Below are positions 9,916 to 18,397 of a DNA stretch of 39,335 nt, in pieces. The DNA is taken from the sequence record SRR31156797_3634, one strand, 5' to 3'. The stretch's first letter is position 1. Every line of letters begins with the position of its first letter. The translations under genes were made by a program, and so were the position numbers. The notes under the pieces are model-generated. The model saw only the letters and a program-made list of their open reading frames with translations. It was not told where the DNA came from and did no database searches.

Positions 9916-9980
9916 GACACTCTCTCCTTGAGGGGGGCGTGTGGCTGCCGTTACGTAAGCAGCCACACACATTGTATATT

Positions 9981-11303
9981 TTAGATTTCGTCTTTGGCGT
10001 TGAATTCTTCCCAGGCAAGACGGACGCGTGCACCGGCAGTACGGAAAGGATCCGGCGGCAACCAGCTGGGTTTGGCAATGCGGCGCAGGAAGTTGAGTTC
10101 TTCACTCTGAACACCACTGATCCACTCAGCAATGTAGTGGCCCATCATGCAGGTCTTCGCCACGCCAGCACCTTCACCACAAGCGGAAGCAAACAGGTTG
10201 GACGATTTCTGCGTCATCAACGGACGGTAGTTCATGGTCATGTTGATCATGCCGCCGTAGACAAACTCAAAGTTGACATGGCGCAGGTTGGGGAACCTGT
10301 TTTCAAATGCCTTGCGCAACTTGGGAATGGAGCGCTGGATACGCTGATGGGAGGTGGTAAGCTGTGAGTTAAAGGCAAAACCGTTACGAACGAAGATGCG
10401 TTGGTCAGCGGTGTAACGCACAGTGGTACCGGCAGGGTGACCAGCTGTACAACCCCAAGGCTCGACGCCTTCGAAGTCTCTCAATTCGTTATCAGTCAAC
10501 TTGCGAGTGAATGCACCGTATGAAAGGACGGGACAGAATACGTTCTTGACGATACCGAACTGTTCAATGAAAGGACCGCCGGTCACGATGACATGCCCAC
10601 CAGTGATGGTTCTGCCGTTTTTCAAAACAACAGACATTGTGCTGCCTTCGTCAATACGCAGGACAGGAGTCTCTTCAAATATTTCAACATTGTCAGGCAG
10701 GGTGGTGCAAAGACCACGAAGTACGTCAGCGGGGTTCACCAGTGTGGAGCCTGCGGTATACAAAGCCTTGGTATAGTACTTGGTACCGAGACGACGGTTC
10801 AACTCTTCGCCTTCGAAAATCTTGTAGTCAACACCCATCTTCTCAAGATCATGCACTTCCGTGTCGATCATCTTGTAGCTACGAGGATGGCAGCAACAGA
10901 CATACTTGCCGCTGTCACGCCAGTCCACATCGATACCACTGTTATTGATGGTGTCACGCATTCTGCCGATGATGGCGGTGTTCAGCTTGAAGTACATCTT
11001 GTTATCTTCAAAAGAAGAACCGCCGGTATCACCAAAGTCATGAGGAACGTCGATAATGAAACCGGCGTTCTTGCCGCTGTCGTTGTTGCCAATCTTGATG
11101 GCTTCGATCAAGGCAATCGACTTGTCAGGGTTCAACTCAGCAAGACGGCTGGCAGCCCCATACCCGCCATAACCAGCGCCAACAATAATGAAATCGTACT
11201 TGTCACTCATATCAGCAGGAGACTTGAATGTATGGTCTTTGTAAGAAGACATTTCAAGCCAGCTCTGCCCGGTAGTCGTTGGAAATAATTTTACTTCATG
11301 CAT
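9981..11303 (-). CDS. FAD-dependent oxidoreductase, DAO / D-amino acid oxidase-like family
   Basis: IVGAGYGG Rossmann motif, SGKNAGF, FEETPV and C-terminal GAGVA; substrate not assignable. Confidence 0.85.
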   Translation of the reverse strand: MHEVKLFPTTTGQSWLEMSSYKDHTFKSPADMSDKYDFIIVGAGYGGYGAASRLAELNPDKSIALIEAIKIGNNDSGKNAGFIIDVPHDFGDTGGSSFEDNKMYFKLNTAIIGRMRDTINNSGIDVDWRDSGKYVCCCHPRSYKMIDTEVHDLEKMGVDYKIFEGEELNRRLGTKYYTKALYTAGSTLVNPADVLRGLCTTLPDNVEIFEETPVLRIDEGSTMSVVLKNGRTITGGHVIVTGGPFIEQFGIVKNVFCPVLSYGAFTRKLTDNELRDFEGVEPWGCTAGHPAGTTVRYTADQRIFVRNGFAFNSQLTTSHQRIQRSIPKLRKAFENRFPNLRHVNFEFVYGGMINMTMNYRPLMTQKSSNLFASACGEGAGVAKTCMMGHYIAEWISGVQSEELNFLRRIAKPSWLPPDPFRTAGARVRLAWEEFNAKDEI

Positions 11304-11421
11304 AATGATGCTTCCCTTGTTTAAAGTAACGCTGTCAAAAGGCAGCTGACAAAAAACCTGTCAGAATACAACCCGTTTTCGAAGCGTCTCTCCCTTTCCT
11401 CACAGCTCCGATCTGGGCGGC

Positions 11422-11458
11422 GTTGCAGAGGCAAGAGCTGCAGCTCCTGCCTCGCAAC
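11422..11458. other. Long intergenic stem-loop inside the catabolic cluster
   Basis: gttgc-agaggca-agagct / agctc-ctgcctc-gcaac imperfect inverted repeat with no adjacent U-tract. Confidence 0.55.
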
Positions 11459-11511
11459 CAATCGGGAGTCTGGGCTTAAGACTACTAATGCCTTATCGCC
11501 CGTCCCTCCGG

Positions 11512-13665
11512 CTAATCGTTGGGGTGCAACACAATCCGTGCATCCGCTACGGCCAGCCCTTTTTCCCATGCGAACACGGGATTCAGATCAACTTCAGCGA
11601 TCTCTCGCAACTCATTCACCATGTGCGAGATCACACATACAGTTTCCGCCAGGGCCTCTTTGTCGCAAGGTGCAGAGCCTCGGGCTCCTTCCAGCAACTT
11701 GTGACCCTTAATTTCTTCCACCATCTGGCGACATGAAGGCATGTTCACCGGTGCGACGCGGAAAGAGATGTCTTTAAGAATTTCCACGAAGATTCCACCC
11801 AAGCCGAACATTACTGTGGGGCCGAATGTGGTATCGTGGCTGGCGCCGATGATGCATTCCACGCCGCCTGGCAGCATGGGGGTCAGCATCACACCAAAGA
11901 TGTCAGCGTCAGATTTATAGTTCAAACCGTTTGCCACAAGTCGTGCGTAAGCTTCGCGAGCGGCTTGTGCCGAATCGATGCTCAATGCAACGCCTCCGGC
12001 GTCGGTCTTATGCAGGATGTCCGGAGACACGATCTTCATGACGACCTTGCCGCCAAGAGTCTCATATTTCTCAGCCGCTTCATCTTCGCTGCTGGCAAGC
12101 AGGCATTCCGCAAGCGGCAGGCCGTAGGCACTCAGCACTTCGCGGGCCTCGGTCTCCACCAGATTGATGCGACCGCTCTCGCGCACTGCACCAAAAATAG
12201 CGTCAACCTTTTCCTTACGATCAGCAGGCAGAGCTGGAAGTTCGGCTTGAGCCTCTTCCTGCAGGGCATGACGATTCTCGCTATAATCAACCAGTGCACC
12301 CATTGTGCGCATGGCAGCTTTGACAGAATCAAATACCGGCACACCCATATCACTGATGTAGGCGAGGCATTCAGGACGCTGCGGAGCATAGATGGAGTGC
12401 ATGACAACTGGTTTGTCAGAAGACTGCACACGAGTGATCATGCTTTTGGCAACATCCATTTCCAATTCCCTGAACTCTTCGGACAGGTCTGCATATCCGC
12501 CGTACAGTCCGACAATCACAACACCATCGATGTCTGGATCATTCAAAAGTACATCAAGGCAGCGATCAAAGACCCACATGTCAGCTTCGGGCGTACCCGC
12601 AAGGTCGACAGGGTTTTTAATGGGACAATGAGGCATCAGGATCTCAGCCAGCTTTGCCTGTGTGGCCTCCGAAAGAACCGGAGCCTCCAACTTGAAGCTT
12701 TCAGCAGAATCCGTGGCCATAACACCGTGACCGCCACCGTCTGTCAGGATAGCGATACGCTTGCCCTGAGCCGGTTTACACTTGGAAAAGGCCTCGGCAA
12801 CATCCAACAATTCGTTGGGACTGTCTACACGGATAATACCAGCCTGATTCAAGGCTGCATCAAAGATCTTTTCACTACCGGCCAAAGAACCGGTATGCGA
12901 TGCAGCGGCTCGAGCGCCGGCAGCACTGCGACCGATCTTGATCGCGGCGATGGGCTTCTTGGCAGCAACTTTCCGAGCGGCTTCAAGGAATTTGCGGCCA
13001 TCTTCTTCAGATTCGACACGCAGGCCTTCCATATAGAGGAGAATGACTTTGGAGATATCATCTTCTTCAAGATATTCCACAAAATCATGAAACCGCAGGT
13101 CCATCTGGTTGCCAATGGTGGCCCAGCAACTGTAACCGAGGTTACGAGCCTTGGCGTTGAAGTTCAGGTCAATGCCGAAGTTTCCACTTTGCAACACGAG
13201 GCTCATGGGACCAGGGGCGAGATCAATGATACTGGCATTCATGCTCACGGCTGCGCTATAGGTTCCCATGCAGTTGGGACCCTGAATACGCATGCCGCCT
13301 TTGCGGGCGGCCTCAAGCATCTGCCGTTCGATTTCCTTGCCCTCGGCACCGGTTTCACCAAAGCCGGTGGAAACCACGATGGCACTTTTCACTCCCTTTT
13401 CCACACACTGCTCCACAACGGGAACAATATATTTGGGGGCAATAGCGATGATAGCGAGATCGACATCCCCTTCCACAGACATGATATCCGGGTAGGTCGG
13501 GTGACCCAGAATTTCTCCGCCAGAGCGGGAAATCAGGTAAATATCGCCTTCGTATTTATTATCAAACAGGCTTTTTGCCGTCCAATAGCCATACTTTTTC
13601 GTATCGCGCGAAGCACCGATCAATGCCACGCTACGAGGGCGGAACAGAGTCTTCAAATCAGACAT
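11512..13665 (-). CDS. ADP-forming acyl-CoA synthetase (acetate-CoA ligase family, fused alpha-beta)
   Basis: PRSVALIGAS CoA-binding domain, GPNCMG, SHTGSLAG phospho-His, NPVDL and ATP-grasp HKTDAGGV / DLNPV motifs; no GNAT extension. Confidence 0.92.
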   Translation of the reverse strand: MSDLKTLFRPRSVALIGASRDTKKYGYWTAKSLFDNKYEGDIYLISRSGGEILGHPTYPDIMSVEGDVDLAIIAIAPKYIVPVVEQCVEKGVKSAIVVSTGFGETGAEGKEIERQMLEAARKGGMRIQGPNCMGTYSAAVSMNASIIDLAPGPMSLVLQSGNFGIDLNFNAKARNLGYSCWATIGNQMDLRFHDFVEYLEEDDISKVILLYMEGLRVESEEDGRKFLEAARKVAAKKPIAAIKIGRSAAGARAAASHTGSLAGSEKIFDAALNQAGIIRVDSPNELLDVAEAFSKCKPAQGKRIAILTDGGGHGVMATDSAESFKLEAPVLSEATQAKLAEILMPHCPIKNPVDLAGTPEADMWVFDRCLDVLLNDPDIDGVVIVGLYGGYADLSEEFRELEMDVAKSMITRVQSSDKPVVMHSIYAPQRPECLAYISDMGVPVFDSVKAAMRTMGALVDYSENRHALQEEAQAELPALPADRKEKVDAIFGAVRESGRINLVETEAREVLSAYGLPLAECLLASSEDEAAEKYETLGGKVVMKIVSPDILHKTDAGGVALSIDSAQAAREAYARLVANGLNYKSDADIFGVMLTPMLPGGVECIIGASHDTTFGPTVMFGLGGIFVEILKDISFRVAPVNMPSCRQMVEEIKGHKLLEGARGSAPCDKEALAETVCVISHMVNELREIAEVDLNPVFAWEKGLAVADARIVLHPND

Positions 13666-13688
13666 TGTATTCCTCTTGACTCTACGGG

Positions 13689-13910
13689 TTAGTCCAACTC
13701 GACGACGCCGATGGCGACATCAGGACAGACGATGCGACACAGGCCGCACAGGACACAATCTTCAGGACGGACCTGTTCCACAACATTATATCCCTGACCG
13801 TTCAGATTCTGGCCGATGGCAAGGGTATCCTTGGGGCAGGCTTCAACGCACAGGCCGCAGGACTTGCAGCGTTCGGCGCAGATAACGTGCTTTTTATTCT
13901 TGGCTTTCAT
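13689..13910 (-). CDS. 2-oxoacid:ferredoxin oxidoreductase delta subunit (2x[4Fe-4S] ferredoxin)
   Basis: Two CxxCxxCxxxCP motifs; position in the OFOR operon. Confidence 0.9.
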   Translation of the reverse strand: MKAKNKKHVICAERCKSCGLCVEACPKDTLAIGQNLNGQGYNVVEQVRPEDCVLCGLCRIVCPDVAIGVVELD

Positions 13911-13914
13911 AGTA

Positions 13915-14466
13915 TTACTCCGCAGCGCTGGCGTAGAGGGCGCGACCCTTTTCCAGGGCTTTCAAGTTCATTTCCAGCAGGGCAGGCTTCTTGACGCCCA
14001 TAAGTTCCCGCAACACTTCTTCCACTGTCTCAAATGTCAGAACCTTGGTGGCTTCCAACACAGCGCCGAGCATGACGATGTTTGCGCAACGCACGGAACC
14101 GAGTTCAACAGCGACATCGGAAGCCGGAATCAAGACCTGCTTCACGCCTTCGCGTTCACGAATTTCCGTAATCAGGGAACTATTTGTCAGCACGAGACCA
14201 CCAATGGCCGAGCCGTCGACGCAACCGTCGTATATAGTGGGGCTGAGAGCGACACTCACATCAGCGTCATTCTCTACAAGCGGGTTACCGATACGGGAGT
14301 CGGACACGACTACATACCCGGTGGAGTCACCGCCACGCTGCTCAATGCCGTAGGTCTGGGTCATCACGACCTGCAGCTCCTGCTTCATGGCACCCTTGCA
14401 AATCAGCTTGGCGAGCAGTGCTGATCCCTGACCGCCGGAACCAGAAAATGTACACTTAGTTCTCAT
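13915..14466 (-). CDS. 2-oxoacid:ferredoxin oxidoreductase gamma subunit
   Basis: GSGGQG, YGIEQRGG and ANIVMLGA motifs; start at ATG 14466 overlaps the end of the beta gene. Confidence 0.9.
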   Translation of the reverse strand: MRTKCTFSGSGGQGSALLAKLICKGAMKQELQVVMTQTYGIEQRGGDSTGYVVVSDSRIGNPLVENDADVSVALSPTIYDGCVDGSAIGGLVLTNSSLITEIREREGVKQVLIPASDVAVELGSVRCANIVMLGAVLEATKVLTFETVEEVLRELMGVKKPALLEMNLKALEKGRALYASAAE

Positions 14467-15217
14467 TCTTCTGCTCCATTTCATTTTTGAAGACCTGTGG
14501 CTCAAAGTACTCAACCATTTTTTCCTTGTTCCACTTGTAGGCGTCCGGCACGGAAAGCTTGAGACCTGTGGGACAAGGGACAATGAATTCAACAAAAGAA
14601 AAACCGAGACCCTTCATCTGACAATCCAAGGCCTTGCGTACACTGCTCGCGGCCTTGCGGATGCTCTTGGCATCACACACGGATTCACGGGCAACGTATT
14701 TAGCGCCACGCATGTCAGCCATCATTTCCGGGACACGCAGGGGGTAACCATGCTGATGCACGTCACGTCCCTTGGGAGTAGTCGAAGTGACCTGTCCTTC
14801 AAGTGTGGCGGGAGACATCTGGCCGCCAGTCATGCCGAACAGGTTGTTATTGATCATGAAACAGGTGACGGGAAGGCCGCGGTTGGCGGTGTGCAACAGC
14901 TCCGCCAAACCAATGGCACTGCAATCGCCGTCGCCCTGATAGGTGTAGACAATGTTGTCCGGGTTCGCGACTTTGTACCCCACGGCAACCGCCGGAGCAC
15001 GACCATGCATGGCCTCAATTGCATCAATATCCATATAGTGATGAGAAAAACCGCCACAACCGATTCCGACAACACTGACCGTGCGCTTGCGGATGCCCAA
15101 AGCTTCAATGGCTTCCGCTACGAGGCGCGTTACAATGCCATGGCCACAGCCGGGGCAGTAACTGAACTTCTTATCCAGCAACAGTGTTTCGCCGTATATT
15201 TTTGCGAGTTCTTGCAT
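14456..15217 (-). CDS. 2-oxoacid:ferredoxin oxidoreductase beta subunit (TPP-binding)
   Basis: YCPGCGHG, GIGC, HGRA, GDGD...NN TPP motif, GMTGGQ and PCPT. Confidence 0.93.
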   Translation of the reverse strand: MQELAKIYGETLLLDKKFSYCPGCGHGIVTRLVAEAIEALGIRKRTVSVVGIGCGGFSHHYMDIDAIEAMHGRAPAVAVGYKVANPDNIVYTYQGDGDCSAIGLAELLHTANRGLPVTCFMINNNLFGMTGGQMSPATLEGQVTSTTPKGRDVHQHGYPLRVPEMMADMRGAKYVARESVCDAKSIRKAASSVRKALDCQMKGLGFSFVEFIVPCPTGLKLSVPDAYKWNKEKMVEYFEPQVFKNEMEQKNEN

Positions 15218-15228
15218 ATCGTCTATCC

Positions 15229-16293
15229 TTACAGCAACGTGTTGATTTTATCGGTCATTTCGGCAAGCGTGCACAGCGGCATGTCGCCTCCGGTTTTACC
15301 AAGGAAATGCACCGGGACACTGCCGTTCACTGCCAGACGCACGTCGTCGACCATCTGACCGTGGTTCATTTCCACCACCAGCATGGACTTCACGGACTCA
15401 GGCAGATTTTCGAAAGGCTTATTCGGGAAAGGCCACAGAGAGATCGGACGAATCAAGCCAACCTTCTTGCCTTCAGCACGCATATTTTCGACCAAATCCT
15501 GACCCATGCGACCATGGATACCGAAAGCAACCAACACCACTTCAGCGTCATCCACTTGAATCTCTTCCCAACGCTGTTCTTTTTCCTGAATACGCTCATA
15601 CTTGGCGAGCAGACGTTGATTCAGCTCTTCACCCTGAGCATGGGTGTAACTGCCGGTCAGCAGGTAACGCTTGGAATGATCGCCCGTACCTGTGTAAGCC
15701 CAGGAAGAGGTATCGAATTCGGCTGCGTAATCATGTGCGTCCGGGAAAATTGCGGATTCAGTCATGGTACAGGTCACGCCATCGACAACAAACAGCACGG
15801 GGGTGCGGTAGGTGTAGGCCAGCTTCACAGCATCCGGCATGATGTCCACGATCTCCTGACCGCTGGCCGGGGCGAGCACGATAACACGGTAATCACCATG
15901 CCCACCGCCACGCGTGGCCTGAAAATAGTTGCTCTGTGCGCCAACGATATCGCCATCACCGGGACCGACGCGCATGGCGTCAAGCATGATGCAGGGCAAT
16001 TCGCCGCCAGCCATAAAGGAAATAGTCTCCTGCATCAGGGACATTCCGGGACCGGATGTGGACGTTGCGCCCAACTTGCCGGTGCAGGCACACCCTGCCA
16101 GTGCGTTGGCAACTGCCAACTCACTTTCCATCTGCACCATCCGCCCACCGTACTGGGGAAGAATAACAGCTGTATGCTTCATCACTTCCGTCGCAGGCGT
16201 AATGGGGTATGCAAAATGATAACGCACCCCGCACCGCACCATTGCCTCAGCAAATGTCTGCGCATTTTTCAGGAACAAAGTCTCTGATTTCAT
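15229..16293 (-). CDS. 2-oxoacid:ferredoxin oxidoreductase alpha subunit (Vor/Kor-like)
   Basis: YPITP, QMESE, TSGPGMSL, GGGHGD and VVEMN motifs; start at ATG 16293 after GAGGG. Confidence 0.93.
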   Translation of the reverse strand: MKSETLFLKNAQTFAEAMVRCGVRYHFAYPITPATEVMKHTAVILPQYGGRMVQMESELAVANALAGCACTGKLGATSTSGPGMSLMQETISFMAGGELPCIMLDAMRVGPGDGDIVGAQSNYFQATRGGGHGDYRVIVLAPASGQEIVDIMPDAVKLAYTYRTPVLFVVDGVTCTMTESAIFPDAHDYAAEFDTSSWAYTGTGDHSKRYLLTGSYTHAQGEELNQRLLAKYERIQEKEQRWEEIQVDDAEVVLVAFGIHGRMGQDLVENMRAEGKKVGLIRPISLWPFPNKPFENLPESVKSMLVVEMNHGQMVDDVRLAVNGSVPVHFLGKTGGDMPLCTLAEMTDKINTLL

Positions 16294-16351
16294 GTAACCC
16301 TCACTTGCACTTGTTTTGAAATTCAACCGATATTTTCATCATTAGTTGAAT

Positions 16352-16452
16352 TCGTACCATATTGTGTTATGCCGTACCACTAATAGAGCTGAAAAAAATC
16401 AGCAAAAGCAATTGGCTACGACTGTCGTACCACATTGTGTTTCGCCGTTCCA
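16352..16452. repeat. Imperfect 28-bp direct repeat, two copies (16352-16379 and 16425-16452); probable operator
   Basis: tcgtaccatattgtgttatgccgtacca vs tcgtaccacattgtgtttcgccgttcca, 24/28 identical, starts 73 bp apart, upstream of the OFOR operon. Confidence 0.75.
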
Positions 16453-16694
16453 TAAAAATCTATTCCTCAATGACCTTTTCGTCAAGGAGTTTCAAAATAA
16501 AAATGTGCTCCTTTATTCAAATTTTTCTCTATCGGTTGCATACAATTAAACTTATCCCCTAAGATAATTGGAAAATCAGAAATCTTGTGCCCACTTCAAA
16601 AAACATGAAAAGGCTTTCATGCGAATATTCTATCGCATAAAAAGCCCTGCCTATGTGCTTTACGTACACCGGGTTTTATTGGGATTCACCTGAT

Positions 16695-16727
16695 AAAAAA
16701 GCAACGACCTTTCAAGATCGTTGCTTT
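16695..16727 (-). terminator. Probable intrinsic terminator of the IclR gene
   Basis: aaaaaa-gcaacga / tcgttgc-ttt inverted repeat, U6 on the minus strand. Confidence 0.7.
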
Positions 16728-16819
16728 CATATTTCAATTCTATATTGGCTGAATCAAACCATGCCACCAACACAGAGAAGATGCAGCCAGACGGATTGCG
16801 CTGGACGAAGTCACTCTTT

Positions 16820-17611
16820 CTATGACTGTTTCTCCGGCGGATAACTGCTGGCACCTAACCGTATCGAAAGTTGTTCTGCGGCCTTAAACAACTCTCGACT
16901 CGCCATTTCACGCACACCAGGAGAAAAACGCACACTCGGCACAGAGGTTCCAATGGCGGCGACAAACTCATCATTGCAATCAAACACAGGCACGGCCACA
17001 CAGCACACGCCTTGGTATATTTCCTCATTGTCATACGCAATGACGTTTTCCCGCGCTGCTTCAATTTCTTTTATAAAATGAGCCATCTCGGCAGGGCCAA
17101 TCGCTCCATCCGATTCTTTTCGAATATTTTCCAACAACGAACCGGACTTCATGGGGTCCAAAAAGGCAAGGCATACCTTCCCGGAAGCCGATTGATATAT
17201 CGGGAATGAACGGCCAACAATTGAATCCTGACGTAACACCTGCTTTGTTACCAGCCTATCCACAACAACCATTTCTGTACCGGAATACACACTGAGATTG
17301 ATTGTTTCGCCGACGGCCTCAAGCAGCCTTCTCCCATATGGTCTGGCCATTTCCTGAATACTTGCATGTTCAGTAACGAGGCTTCCCATTTTAAAAAGCT
17401 TGAATGTCAATGCATACGCACTTTCTTCTTCGCTTTGTGAAACATACCCAAGATCCTGCAAAGTCAATAGAAACCGATGTACCGTTGTTTTTGGGATACC
17501 AACCGCCCGACTCAAGTCGGCAAGTTCCCACTTGTGCTGCTTGGTCATCTGCTCCAAAACAGAAAACACTTTTACTACAGATCCAATTGTATAATATGCG
17601 TCTTTCGCCAT
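16820..17611 (-). CDS. IclR family transcriptional regulator
   Basis: N-terminal wHTH (LSRAVGIPKTTVHRFLLTL..GYV), SASGK and DNEE...GVCCVAVPVFD effector domain; start at ATG 17611 after GGAG. Confidence 0.93.
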   Translation of the reverse strand: MAKDAYYTIGSVVKVFSVLEQMTKQHKWELADLSRAVGIPKTTVHRFLLTLQDLGYVSQSEEESAYALTFKLFKMGSLVTEHASIQEMARPYGRRLLEAVGETINLSVYSGTEMVVVDRLVTKQVLRQDSIVGRSFPIYQSASGKVCLAFLDPMKSGSLLENIRKESDGAIGPAEMAHFIKEIEAARENVIAYDNEEIYQGVCCVAVPVFDCNDEFVAAIGTSVPSVRFSPGVREMASRELFKAAEQLSIRLGASSYPPEKQS

Positions 17612-18397
17612 CTCTTCTCCATTCATATTTTTATGCCTGCATAATGATTCCAGATTCACTAAAAGTATATTCAGCATGAATCCAACAACTATAACTCATC
17701 ACTTGCAGCAATATCTCAACTCATAATTTCATGAAACAAAACACGATCAGGCAATCATCCAGTGACAAAAATCATTGATATGAAAGCCCAAAAGCCTTGC
17801 CCCTTTCATACCAGCTCAAAATGCTGAAACCGGTATAGTGGTGCGCCCAAATTTCGTGATAAACATTGGCATGAATCCAGTCTTTGAAAAAACACTGGAT
17901 CGCTCTGACGAGGACTGGTGAAAGATCAAACAAAAATCATAAAATCAACAGCCAACCAATAATCTGCCATTCTCAACTCAACTCTGCCTTATTCTCAGAG
18001 GACGCTCGTATGTTTCAACACGCCCACGAATTCAAGCAAGAAGCAGCACTGAAAACCGCTTGCGAATTTTTGTAGCTATGGTATCCGTTTCCATATGTCA
18101 AGATAGCGTAACACTCCTCGGTACAAAAGAAAAGTCTATTTTTACACAATATCAAACAAAGCTTTGTCAATACAACCATGGATCATGCTGTTTTTAAAGA
18201 ACTTGAAAAATATCATTTCCAAACATTTCTTTTATAGAACGGCACACTAAAGCTCCCTTGAAGCAACACAAACAATCATCCACACACTGATTGTTCCGTT
18301 GCACTCCCGAAAATATCCTGTATGCTCAAAGAAAATCGAACTCTTTTCGGTCTTTCTGCCACCCGAAGGACAGGCTTCCGAAGGAGGAGTTGAGGGT

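Noticed and set aside
11836-13692. 618-aa plus-strand ORF, and similar ones at 15184..16287, 10593..11288, 7922..8599 and 22671..23498
   Set aside because: They lie antisense to well-supported genes and show no recognisable motifs; typical shadow ORFs caused by codon bias.
16352-16452. 28-bp direct repeats as a minimal CRISPR array
   Set aside because: Only two imperfect copies, no cas genes or leader; an operator explains the position better.
17895-17930. ctgacga...gaaa resembling a hammerhead ribozyme core
   Set aside because: Stem II cannot form properly and no correctly placed UH cleavage site or stems I/III are present.
18010-18075. Short ORF containing EFKQEA, reminiscent of an IS3 OrfA N-terminus
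   Set aside because: Only a few residues match; no terminal inverted repeats or further transposase sequence.
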